This document shows positions 1 through 22,217 of a stretch of DNA of 64,000 bases, in pieces (the first letter of the stretch is position 1; each line of letters begins with the position of its first letter). This DNA is from Amoebidium appalachense. Lineage: Eukaryota > Protista > Ichthyosporea. Position numbers and translations under genes: made by a program. A model generated the notes under the pieces. It searched no databases, was not told where the DNA came from, and saw nothing but the letters and a program-made list of their open reading frames with translations. The stretch lies in assembly GCA_963693365.1 (NCBI GenBank), contig CAVNZM010000003.1, forward strand, positions 4,659,106 through 4,723,105, written 5' to 3'.

Positions 1-94
1 GAGGAAGAGGGGCTGGGGGGGTGGGGGGGTGGAGCTGGAGGGGGGGAGGAGGGGGAGGAGGGGGAGAGGAGGCAAGAGAGGGGGGAATGCTTAC

Positions 95-1444
<1,350 letters not shown>

Positions 1445-2905
1445 TTTCGTTTGTTTTTTGATGAGATTTTTCCGTGTAGCTAGCCCAGAAACTGAAGGGC
1501 CTCTTTGCATTTAAAATACGAATCAACCCTGTATGTGCGTGTTATTCTACCCTAAACAACTGAGTTAACATAGAAGGGACGGTGTGTAAGAACTCTAGAG
1601 TTTGGAGTCGGAATTCGCAAGCTCGAGTGTGTACGCGATGTGTTGCGCTAGATTGGCTTAATTTTCTGTCTTTCTTCTTTAGAAACCGAAAGTACTTGCA
1701 GTTATGTTTGCATGCGACCGTGCAACTTGAGCCGTAAGTACAAAGTGGTAAACAGAAGGACGGGTGACCGCGTTACATGTGCCCGCAGGTATACTCGGAG
1801 ATTCCTCGACCAAAACAAAGAAAGATGCCAGCAATTGATTGGCAATTACTGATTGGCTAACAGGATACAGATACCTGGTTGGGCCATTCGACACCATGCT
1901 CGAAAGAGCAGCGATCCGTTGAGCCAGGCAGCTATAGCGATTTGGCCTCATCAATGATTATCTGTTTGATTAATATTTGCTAATAAAGGTTTAATATTCT
2001 AATTTATGCCACAAATGCTGTTTTATTTTATCAAAAAGCGCCATATTAAAGCGATTGTACTAGCCGTTACAATACCCTCTTTTTAGCACGGCTTTACTTC
2101 GCTCAGGATCTGCTCAAAGTGAATCTTGATTGGATGAAATTTTGCCGCCAGGGCGCGAAATCTAGCTGTCATAAGCCAATCGGAGCAGGACCCAACCAGC
2201 CTGAGGTAGCAGCTGCCAGCGATCGGCGGCCGCCTTCTGTACAAACCGCCGCACGCGTAGGTACCTCCGCTGACTCTGTCGGGGAAAAAGGAGCGAAAAA
2301 GGACGTGCAAAAAAGTACCAACAAATATACGTATCGAAATTGGCAACCACAGTAGCCTCCCCCCCCCCCCCCCCCCCCCCCCCCTCCCCCCTCTCGAGCC
2401 CCGCCCCGCCCAGGCCTCTTCCGGATCCCCTTCTTCTTCCCCCCTCCTACCCCGAGAGTCCCCCCCCCCCCCCCCCCCTCCCCTCCCTCCTCGGATTCGC
2501 CCGGCCCATGCATATATATGCGATACGCGGCTTGGGCATATGCAACACCATAAAACCACAGCGCTAGCGCCTGGGCAGTGGCCCCTTATATCTGATCATC
2601 TGAGTATTGGGCTGTATTTCCGTTTGAATTCGAAACGGAAGAGACTGAGAGCAGGGAGAGAGGAAGTAGAAGTATTTGGGGTGTATTGGATGGGGAGGGG
2701 GGGGCGGGGAGGAGGGAAGGAGAGAGATCAGGGGGGGGGGGGGGGGGGGGGGGGGGGGATACTACGCCGGATCCGCTGCCTTAGGGCTGGATTAATATTT
2801 TGATGGGAGGAGAAGAAGATGGGGACCCACCGGTCACTCGAGCAAGTACCCCCCCCCCCCCCCCCCCCCCCCTCTTCCCCCCATCAAACAACGTGCACCA
2901 CCACC

Positions 2906-2991
<86 letters not shown>

Positions 2992-3478
2992 TACACACAC
3001 CCACACACACACCCACACACACACACACACACATGCACACACACACATTCTCTCTCCCTCGGCTCTCTCACTCCGCGCATCTTCCTCCTCCCCCCCCCCT
3101 CCCCCCTTAATCCCCCAAGCCCTGTGTCCGCCTCCCGTCTCCCTGGTCCCCCCCCCCTCCCCCCTCCCCCCCCCCCCCCCCCCCCCCCCCAAACACACAC
3201 ACACACACCGTTTCTCTGCCAGAGACAGTGTAACACACACGATTTGAATTCTCTGCCAGCGACACCTACACAATGTGTGCGCATGTAGGCATCGCAAAAC
3301 ACACGCGTACACGCATGCACATGTGCACAGACCGTTGTAATTGCACACATGCGCACAGCGACCAGGATGCACATTGTATGCCCCATGCTGTGTAGTGTGG
3401 TGGTGGCTGAGCATGTGTATGTATGGTGTTACGTGCAACGGCCCCTTTGCGTGTGTACGTGTGCGGGGATGTGGAGAG

Positions 3479-3525
<47 letters not shown>

Positions 3526-4194
3526 GGGGGGGGCCGCCCTCCTTTTACGTGTTACGCTTACTCTTTAATTAAGCTTTCGCATTAAGCCCATTATATAATA
3601 AAGAAATGGGGAAGTGATGTTAGCAAACATGGTGAACTAATATTAATGACCATATTCACGTTCCCCGGGCATGTGTTCTGAGAAAATGACTCCAGTAAGG
3701 AGCAGGAAAATAACTTGTATGATACATGTGCCATTGAATACATATCCATGCATGCTCCGCAGAAAACAGATATGTACCATATAGTGCTATAGCTTTTAGT
3801 GGTTGATCATATTCATGATCTATAGATGAGTACGTGCTAAAATGTATGTGATATAACTGCACGACAGCAATTTTTAAGCATTATCAGCACCCTTAAGCTT
3901 TATCATTGGCGAGTCTCTGAGATCTAGAAGCGCCAAAGCAAGGCCCCCAGAAAAAAAAGGGGAAGAAAGGAAAAAAATTTAAAAGGAGGGGGGGGGGGGG
4001 GGGATCCGAACCCGGGGCAAAGGTTGGTGCCCGTGCGGCATATGCGTCTGGAGCGAAGGGGTAAGGGAAATGTAAGCCACATCGTTAAAGACAATCTCTC
4101 GGCCTGCGAATATCCCCCCCCCCCCCCCCCCCCCCCCACCCACCCACCCACTCACCCAAACAAAAAAAAATCAAAATGAAATAAAATAAAAAAT

Positions 4195-4497
4195 AAAGAT
4201 CATAAAAGCTTTGAAATTAAAAAACTGTATGGTTTCTTTTGTCCCTGTGTAGCTCATGTCTTGTGTTTTGTCCCTGACCTTCGAATCCATTCTATTCCCC
4301 CCCCCCCCCCCCCCCCAAAAAAAAAAAAAAAAGAAAAAAAAAAAAAGAAAGAAAAGAAATAACAAGAACTTTAAAAAATAAAAAATATAAATAATAAAAT
4401 AAAAATAAAAAACAAAATAAAAATCACATAAGCTTTGAAATTAAATAACTGTATGGTTTCTTTTGTCCCTGTGTAGCTGATGTCTTGTGTTTTGTCC
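4195..4497. repeat. local direct duplication of an ~80-bp unit
   Basis: aagctttgaaattaaa..ctgtatggtttcttttgtccctgtgtagct.atgtcttgtgttttgtcc occurs at ~4205-4275 and ~4430-4497, separated by C and A tracts. Confidence 0.8.
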
Positions 4498-4871
4498 ATC
4501 ATTTCCCAGCCTGAAGTCACCCCACTGATCATGAGGCTTTTGATCTGGTATGGTGGTGGAGGTATGGTCTTTGAGTGTGCATGTGTGTGTGCATGTGTGT
4601 GTCCGTGCATGCGTGTGTGCGTGTGTACGTGCTCGGGGAGAAGTGGTGTGCTCGTGCGTGCGTTTGTGTAATTTTTTTAATTTTTATTTTTAATTTTAAT
4701 TTTTTTATTTTAATTTTTTTTGGGGAGGGGGGGGGGGGGGAGGGGGTCTGCATTCTATTTAGACAAGCAAAACCGGGTAGTAATTATAATTCAGCCTTTG
4801 GAATCCTCTATTTTTATTGTTCAGTGAAATTTTTGTTGCTTCCCCTAGACATTTGTTAAAATGTGCGCCGT

Positions 4872-4934
<63 letters not shown>

Positions 4935-5225
4935 TGTGTGCCTGTGTGTGCCTGTGCGTGTGTTCTGCTATGTTGTTTTACCTTCTTACTTTGGTTTCTG
5001 AAAAAAGCGAGTTCATCGGTTTCAACTTCGTCAACAAACCATCATCACACCCACTTTTACTCAATCACGTAGACAAGTTGTCATCCCAGGAAAGAAGGGG
5101 GGAAAAAAAAAAAAAAAAAAAAAAAAGAAAAAAAAAGGTTGTCACTCGCTTTCCAATTTGACCGCTCCTTTCCATCAGACCTTATCCTAAAATGCAATGG
5201 GCATTTGAGCACCGAAGATCCTCCC

Positions 5226-5266
<41 letters not shown>

Positions 5267-5834
5267 ACCACCACCACCACCACCACCACCACCACCGGTC
5301 ACCACACACACACACACACGGATCGCTCTCCCATATAAACATAAACAAGGAGGCAAAAGGAAAGCGAGAAGAAGGGTATTGGGAAAGGGAGTTAGAAGAG
5401 GAAATCATACACGGAAAAAGCGGAAAGAAAATACCGAAACGCCGTAGAAGATGGTTAAAAGAAGCTGTGAGTGAAAAATAAAAGACTGTAATAATAATAA
5501 CAACAACTTAGTAATATTAAAACATTAAAAATACTTCAATTCTCCTGATCCCGTTTTGCCGTTGGCCTGATGCTGGCTGTCTGTGCCCAGTGAAATTCCC
5601 CCCGTCCAAATACTTATACCACGCAGCAACAAAACACACAGTTCGTTTCCTCTTTCATATCATATTTCAAAACCTCGGTTGCAGCACAAAAAATACGGTC
5701 AAGGGGTGAGTTCAAACGTCTCACATTCGCCGTCACTCACGCCTGGCCCGTTCCTGAAGCTGTTTCCGGGGGGATGGGGGTGGGGGTGGGGGGGGGGGGG
5801 GGGGGGGGGTGGGGGGGGGGGGGGGGGGGGGGGG

Positions 5835-6032
5835 GTTGAATTCGTCAAAGAGTACGAAGTACACAAGAACAAACGGATAACACGATGCAGAATGCAAGCC
5901 ATACATAAAGAGTATGCATAATAAGCAGAGCCCATCCTCAGGGGGGGCCCACGTCATCCACAGTACCCGAGTTTCGACCTATTCACCTCGTTAACGAAAC
6001 CCAACTCAGATACTGTTTCACTTGAACATGGG
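5835..6032 (-). mobile_element. dispersed ~200-bp SINE-like element, longest copy (A)
   Basis: Near-identical to 43392-43550 and to the reverse complement of 53432-53597. Abuts the G-tract at ~5781-5835. Its far end (ctgtttcacttgaacatggg) is shared with the diverged copy at 27858-28023. Confidence 0.75.
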
Positions 6033-6542
6033 TAGGTCACCCGTCTTGATCAGAGACGAGCAGGGTTGCTTATGCAGGCAAGGGCAGTGGGAAAGGCCGG
6101 GGGTTAAAGTTGCAGCAGTAAGCAGAAGCAAGAAAAATATAGATAGGAACTCAGGAGACGGGGCTTCTAGGAAGCTCCCCCGTCGCTACCTAAGTCGATA
6201 CTTCCCTGGCTAACATACTACACCAGCTGAAAAGACTTAAGTCCCGAAGGCCGCAGAATTCGCAATCAGAGGGGAAAACATGAGATTTGACCCACGCCGC
6301 AGGGTAGTAACACGCTTACTAGGGCGGAACTTTAAGGGGGATATTAGTGGGGGGATAGCTGGTACCATAGAAAGCGGTAGTACGAAGTTATCCAACAAGC
6401 TGGGAACAGTATGAGGTCACATGTGTAGGCCAAAACACCAAGATATGCCCATGTTGTTTGTGGTAGTAGGGGGCAGGAGGAGATGGGGGCTGTTAGGGTG
6501 TGCTTGTGTTTCGTGGTGGTGGTTTGTTCGAGCGCGCGCGCA

Positions 6543-6650
<108 letters not shown>

Positions 6651-6667
6651 TCGAGAAGGGTGTGTGT

Positions 6668-6698
<31 letters not shown>

Positions 6699-6816
6699 GG
6701 GATGTTTGTACACACGGGGGAGAAGCATCGAAAAACCAGGAAGATAAAAATCCAGAATTGTGTATTTAATTTAACAGGGCCTGCCACCAGGGCGCTCGCA
6801 CGGACAGAAGGGAGGG

Positions 6817-6847
<31 letters not shown>

Positions 6848-7064
6848 AGGAGAGGGGGGGGGGGGGGGGGGAAGGGAATGGTGTCATGTGTGTGGGGATT
6901 GTGCAGGGATGGGTGGGTGTGTGGGTGTACATGATGGGTTTGTCGCTACTGTAAGTGCATGAGTTGAGCCTAGGGCACGTTGAGCATGGGCATGGATGTA
7001 TGGATGATTGTATGCAGTCACGATGTCCTCTCAGTATCTGCAGTAAATGAATCGGGTATTTGTT

Positions 7065-7361
7065 TTATGCGTCTGTGTGCTTGGATTGTGACGAAAGATG
7101 ACCCGGAGAGGGGGGGGGGGTAAGTTTCGTCTGCATGAGTTCACGTTTGCTGGCAATGACTTCGTCTGCAATGTCCTCTGGGGGTGTCAATTTTAGACTC
7201 AATGGGTCCAGTCTGGGGCAGTGCTTCAGTGAGCTGAGATCGGTCACGGGGCAGTGGTCGAGGACAAGCCTCTGTTTGGGAGGAGGGGGGAGGAGGGGGG
7301 GGGGGGGGGGGGGGGGGAAGGGGGGGAGGGGAAGGAGGGGGAAGGGAGGGGGTGAAGCGGC

Positions 7362-7414
<53 letters not shown>

Positions 7415-8039
7415 GGGGGGGGGGGGGAGGGGGAGGAAGGGAGGCAGGGAGGGGAGGGAGGGAGAGTGGGAGGGAGGGTGAGAGGAAGGGGGGGGGTGGG
7501 GGGAGGGAGGGAGGAAGGGAGGGGAGAGGGAAAGAGGGAGGGAGGAAGGGAGGGCAAGAGGGAGGGAGAGAGGGAAGGAGGGAGGGGGCGGAGGGGCCGG
7601 GAGGGGAGAGGAACAACGGAGGGAGGGGGTGGGGGGAGGGGGGAGGGAGGGAAGGAGGGAGGAAGTATACAGGAAGGAAGGGCAAGAGGGAGGGAGGGAG
7701 GGAGGGAGGGAGGGAGGGAGGGAGGGAGGGAGGGAGGGAGGGAGGGAGGGGGGGGGGGGGGGGGGGGGGGAGAAGAAGGGAGGGAGGGAGGGAAAGAGGT
7801 AACAAAGTACAAAGTAAATGCACTACCCATAGTGCCGGACACGTAGAACAAAATAATATGTAAATACTTTGATGCAAGCTCCAGGCCCCTTCCCTCCACT
7901 TACCTGTGCATTGATGTGTGCATGGTACACGAACACATACACGTTCACGCATGGACACATTTCTTCACATACATACATACACACATACACACACACACAC
8001 ACAACATACATACAACAACACACACAATACACACACACA

Positions 8040-8092
<53 letters not shown>

Positions 8093-8140
8093 AACACACA
8101 CCTATCCCCCCTCCTGCCCACACACACACACACACCAACA

Positions 8141-8192
<52 letters not shown>

Positions 8193-8216
8193 AACACACA
8201 CCTATCCCCCCTCCTG

Positions 8217-8277
<61 letters not shown>

Positions 8278-8309
8278 GCACGCACACACACGCACGCACG
8301 CACACAAAC

Positions 8310-8361
<52 letters not shown>

Positions 8362-8423
8362 CACCCACACCCACCCACACACACACACACACACAAACAC
8401 ACACATGCGCGCGCGCACCGGTC

Positions 8424-8492
<69 letters not shown>

Positions 8493-9913
8493 CCAGGTGC
8501 TCCAGCCGCGACAGTGGCGCTATATCGGTGCATGCATCCAAGTAGTCCAAGTACACGCTCGACAGCGCATGACATTCACCCAATGGCTGCAATGATTCCA
8601 ACATGGGGCAATGGCTCACATCCACAGTATTCAAATTCGAGGACCCAGCCAGGCCCCTAATGTCTCTCAACTGCGGGCACTCTCTAAGAAGCAATCTACA
8701 GGCCCCCTCCACCGCGCGCCACTTCCACTCCCCGCCAGCACAATCGCCGTTAGTCGACTGCATCGACTAATAAATACGCCCGAGCAGCCGCCTCTGATCG
8801 GCCAGGGTACCTCTGTGATTTCCATCTCGTCTAATGATATTCTACCTGTCTCCTGCCTACCACGCAGCGGGGAAATGTTTGTCACCGGGCACTGCTTAAT
8901 GTACAAAATCTCCAACCTGCTCATGGTCTCCAATTCGGTGAATGCGGCCCACGTCGCATCATACACCTCCAGCTCCCTGATGTGATGTGGCGGGAGAAAT
9001 GAAAGTGTTGGCAGGGGCAAAACATGGTTGCAAGTGCCCCCGATTATGGCCACACGTAGATCGGTGCATGAAAATTCCGGAAAATCCACTTGGGAATCGC
9101 ACCCATCCAACCGCATTTCGAGACTGGTGAGGGAGCTGCAAAGTGCCATACTCCCCAGAGCGGAATTAACAACCGACCCGGACCTTAAAGAAAGATTCCG
9201 AAGGCGGGGCAGTGGCGGAAAATCGGTGATTTTGCAGGGTGGATGTGTACCTATAATGATACACAACACCCGCAAATTGTCTAGGGAGATGAGAAATGAC
9301 AAATCAATGCTGCCTCCAAAGGATAACGATTAACGGTGCAGTTGGCTCCAAGGCGAAATTTGGAAATCTGCGGGGACGGAAATGGGTAGGGAAATTTGGC
9401 TGATAGTGAGGTTGGGGCATAGAGAGACAACCGTAGAAGGAAAATGGGTTGGCAGATTCTTGTTACCGTACAGGGGAAGCCATAAACGGGTCAGCCTTGA
9501 CCCGATACGTGAAATTACTCCAAGGACGCATTCTACGGACACCGCGGTTTGCGCTTCAGTGACACGGCTTAACAAAAAAAATGGATGGGTCTTGATCTCA
9601 AAACTGTTCAGCCGGGATAACGGCTCCAGAAATGCAAAAAACTCCCCAGCGGTCTTGGGGTCACCGGCTATTGCAGTCAACACCGGATTTAGAATTACGA
9701 TTTCCGTTATTGCATCTCCCCATACCCCAACGGGGATACTTTGTAGCTGCGCGAGATTTTGCACGTTGATGGATAACGTACCGGCGTGTCCTCCCCTGAT
9801 TATTCGCGCAAATCTGCGGCTGACCAAGCACCCCCTCACCTTCTCTCTCTGGCCCAACCAGCCAATGATCAGCCCCACCAGCTCATCCGGCAGCCAATCA
9901 AACGGGCTGGCTG
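7065..9913 (-). pseudogene. F-box + leucine-rich-repeat protein, apparently disabled
   Basis: F-box motif SPFDWLPDELVGLIIGWLGQREKVRGCLVSRRFARII followed by LRRs (LDNLRVLCI, LPRLRNLSL, MSRLEILYIKQCPVTNISPL, LNTVDVSHCPMLESLQPL). GT-AG intron 8490-7272 joins ...EHLE|RLVLDHCPVTDLSSL in phase. In-frame TAA at 9330-9332 and a frameshift at ~8730. Candidate upstream exons at 12912-12889 (MAVESALQ|gtaagc) and ~12244-12100 are unverified. Confidence 0.7.
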
Positions 9914-11286
9914 CTAGGACACACGTGGTCAGCACAATGTTCCTGACCACACAGCCGGGCGGTTGTGTGTGTGTGTGTGTGTTTGTATACTTATTCGTGG
10001 GGGTTAAGGGGCGTACACGTGGGTTTATAATGCCGAACACGGCACAATGTACAGCTACACATTGAGAAACACAGGGCAGGGCAGCATGCAAAAGTAAACA
10101 TAGAAGTGTGCAACATCGGCAACCCATAGTTCGCAACATAAGCAGAACACATCCTCGAGGGGCTCCAAGTGAAGGGGGTACACCCCGCGGGGGGGAGGGG
10201 CGGGGGGGGGGGGGGGGGGGGGGGGGATGTTTGCGCTGTTATGTTGTGACCGTTAGTTTTGTTGAGTTGGTGAACGTGTGTGGGTGTAGGGTACTACTGT
10301 GTTCTTTTCATTTTCCAACACCCCCCCCCCCCCCTCCCCCCTCCCCCCTCCCTCCTCTCCGGGGGCAGGCAAACAAGAGAATCCCTTTTCTTCCCATAAA
10401 CCCCTCCGTGCTTTCGTTCCTATCCCCGCCATCTCATACTTCGGTTCGGCCCCTGGAAGAAAACAAGAAGCACACATACTATGGAAAGAAACAGGTGATG
10501 ACTTAACTTTAGGGATACCGGAACAAACTGGGCAAGAGAAGTACTGCAGAGAGGAGGGAGTAAGGGAGGCAAAAAGTCAAAGGAACCCAAGTTTATAGCG
10601 AAGAATGTTACTTTTTGAAGGGAGGGCGGGGGTTTGGTTTTTTTTTCGGGGGGGGGGGGGAAGGGGGGGGGGGGGGGAGTAAGGGGGGGGAAGAAGGGGG
10701 GGGGGGGGGGGGGGGGGGAGAATCGCCCAACAAACAAGTTAACATGTGGGTGTGCACGAGACCCACTTGGGTTGTCTTGCAAAGTCAAGGAGTTGGAGTT
10801 CAGAACAAAGGGTCTGAGGCACCTATTTGGGAGGGAGGGAGGGGAGAGGGAGGGGAGAGTAGAGTGGCAAAGAACAGAGGTTGCTGGGCATGGAGATGGA
10901 TATTGGGAAGGGGGACGGGAAAGCAGGTGCCAAGGAGTGCCAAGTGGATGGGTGGAATAAGAGAATGAGAGGAAGGCCGTGGAGAAGGAGGAGTTGACAT
11001 GCGGTGGGTGTTTTCAGTGGAAGGGGGAATGGAGGGGAAGAGGGGGAGGGGGGGGGGGAAAGGGGGGGGGGGCTGCAGACGACGAACCTCTTTGCAGCAT
11101 GTTTGCTACGCCACCCAGGCTTCTGTGCTGGTTCCAAAAAAAAACAAAAGCTCTTTGATGCTCCTAGGAGCAGGTGGGTGTCTTGTGGCGTTTAAGTAAC
11201 GAACTGCTAACCAAAGACATGTTTTGCGTGTGTAGGAGTTCTTGCGCAGTACGTGTGTGTGTGTGGGTGTGTGTGCGTGCGTGGGA

Positions 11287-11470
<184 letters not shown>

Positions 11471-12542
11471 GTGGTGTTGCTGGTGGCGTGGACGGTGGCG
11501 GATGTGTGTTCGTCTGTTCTGTCATGGGCACTGAAACTGGCTCGTTCTGTTATGGTCACTAAAGACTAGTCTGGTCCTAAAGTGAGCAGAAAGACGGCAG
11601 AAAGAAGGAAAAAAGTATGGTCGCTAACACTGGGCTGTTCCAAAACGAGCAGAAAGGGCAGAAAGAAAAAAGTGAATGTATGTCATATGCAATAAAACTG
11701 ATCTTTTCTAGATCTGTTGTCGTCACTAAAACTGGCCTGTTCTAACTTCTAAACCGAACAACTTTCAATTGAAAAAAAAGAGCCAACCGGCTACTGGGGT
11801 AACGTTGCAGTGCAGACCTTGCAAGACTATTATTAGATTTAACCCGATTTGGCGTACTATTTCGTGACTTGATTGGATACTTTTGGTTTTGGCGCGAAAA
11901 GGGTATATCTGAGGAAGCACGCGACATGTTGCAAGCTCCAGTTGTATAAACGTAAATACTCTCCAACACTTACACGTTGATGAAGTTTCTACATTCAAAT
12001 TAATTTGCTGTATTGTTCATTTGAATCAGCTTTAGGGCATCTTTTGCCACTTTTACTTCCACTCCCCCCCCCCCTCTCTCTCTCCCCCCCCCTCCCGCAG
12101 CTGATCTGCAGCCTCCCCCCATCTCTCTGATTTTCGTCTGTGCACGCGCACGCGCTTGTTTGTGCTTACAGGGCTCCCTATGTTTCGCTTCCTTTTGATA
12201 TCCGCGTTAATGAAACCGTTTTTTCTTGAGCCTTTTATGGTGTGCTGATTTTTCAAACTCAGACCCCCCCCCCCCCCCCCCCCCCTCCCGACGATCCCTC
12301 GAGCCCCCCCTCTTTAAAAAATCTCCTCTCCGAGTAGTAAGCTTCCTTTCCCCCCCCCCTTCCTCCCTCCCCCCTCCCCCCCCCCCCCCCCCCCCCCCTC
12401 CCCCCGACCCTTCCGACGAGTGGGCGTCCCTTCCCCCAGTCTCAGTATTTCTTGTTACCTTTACGCCCACCAACCCCCCCCCCCCCCCCCCCCTACCCGC
12501 CCATTGGTAACACACACACTGACACACATGTGTACACAGTGT

Positions 12543-12575
<33 letters not shown>

Positions 12576-13142
12576 GCACGCATGCATGTTTGGCACACAC
12601 ACTAGACACCCAAGCCTAATGGCGCATGCGCATTTACACCTGGATTTAAAATCGTCGAGTGATATGGTCGTTTCCCCCCCCCCCCCCTACTTTTCCACCA
12701 TTGACTGCACCCATACATGTACATGTCAACAATTTAAACCCCCTATGTGAAATCATCTAAAGTTCATTAACTGGACCACCCGGCCCAATGAAGGCATAAG
12801 TGTCGTTGGTTTGTTTCGGTACGGTCACGAGTGATAAACAACAAAAAAAAGTAAGAATATGTATTAGCAGGGAACCAATCAGGCTTACCTGCAGTGCTGA
12901 TTCAACAGCCATCCCCACCAACAACCGTATGTGGGCCTACAAAAAAAAAAAAAAAACAGCTATGTGGTATGTTCAGCACTAATCACAACCAGCACGAAAA
13001 TAACTTAAAAAATACGTGTTCTCATCTGGTGTGTGTTGTTTCAATTTGTACATGAATAAATATCCGTGACCAAATATTCGCCCCTATAAACACAATACTT
13101 TCACATAAGAATAAAAGAGCATTCGACTACTGTATGAGCGTG

Positions 13143-20996
<7,854 letters not shown>

Positions 20997-21261
20997 TCTT
21001 GTGCGGGAGGAAAATCACAATGCATCAACCTGAAAGGAAAGAAAGTGTTAGGAGATGAGCTAGGGAAAGTATGATAAAACCAACAGAAGCACATGCAAAG
21101 AGATACAAAGAGCATCAAGATGAAATCTAACCAATGCCAGTGTGTTCTTACATAACACATTTTTCTGCGTGTGTATGCTTTGTGGACCGTGTGTGTATAT
21201 GTATTCACCGAATATGTCTCTCTGTGTGTGCGGACGTCTGTGTTTCACTGTGCTTTTATGC

Positions 21262-21318
<57 letters not shown>

Positions 21319-21432
21319 CGCGCGTGCGCGGGCATGGATGTGTGTGTGTGTGCGCGTGCGTCTTTTTGTGTGTGTATGTCAGAGATTGTGTCTGACTATT
21401 CGGACACGTATGTGTGCATGCACACGCGCCTG

Positions 21433-21538
<106 letters not shown>

Positions 21539-21548
21539 CGTGTGGGTG

Positions 21549-21611
<63 letters not shown>

Positions 21612-22042
21612 CGCGCGCGCGTGTGTGGTGTGGCACGTGTCCGCGTGTACGTGTGTATGCGCCCGTGCGCACGTGTGCCAGTCTGTGTCGCTACAATTTG
21701 AGTATGTGAGTGTATACATGTGTGTGTGTGTGTGTGTGTGCGTGTGTGCGTGCGTGCGTGTGTGTGTGTGCGCGCCTTTGTGTGTGTGCGTGTACGTGCC
21801 GCTTCTACAGTTATGTGCATGTGTGCTATTATGAAGTGCTTGTGCTTGCGTTTGTGTATGCATGCCTCGGAAGGTGTGATGATCAGTGTGCTTTTGATTT
21901 GTGCGATGATGTATGTGCCTGTGTGCATGCGAGTGTTTTGTGTGTGAGCGAGTGGTATAAGCAGGTGTGTGCGCGTATGACTGCGTATGCAGGTACGTGT
22001 GTGTATATGTGAGTAAGTGAATGATTGCATGTCTGCTAGTGA

Positions 22043-22080
<38 letters not shown>

Positions 22081-22163
22081 ACACGCGCGCGTGCGTGTGT
22101 GCGTGCAGGTGTGCTTGCGTGCGTGCGTGCGTGCGTGTGTATGTGTGTTTGTGTGTGTGTGTA

Positions 22164-22217
<54 letters not shown>

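Noticed and set aside
5733-5957. Recurrent peptides [14 protein letters not shown]... and ...[23 protein letters not shown] as a small gene family
   Set aside because: They are frames of the dispersed repeat; diverged copies carry indels and stops that break them.
6030-6165. Signal-peptide-like frame (FLSIFFLLLLTAATLTPG) on the minus strand
   Set aside because: No in-frame ATG before an upstream stop, and no downstream exon could be linked to it.
9330-9332. TAA reassigned as a sense codon (alternative genetic code)
   Set aside because: TAA terminates ABCG-1 (43145-43143), TAG terminates the ankyrin and CASC3 genes, TGA terminates ABCG-2, and no other validated exon has an internal stop. A TTA>TAA change explains it.
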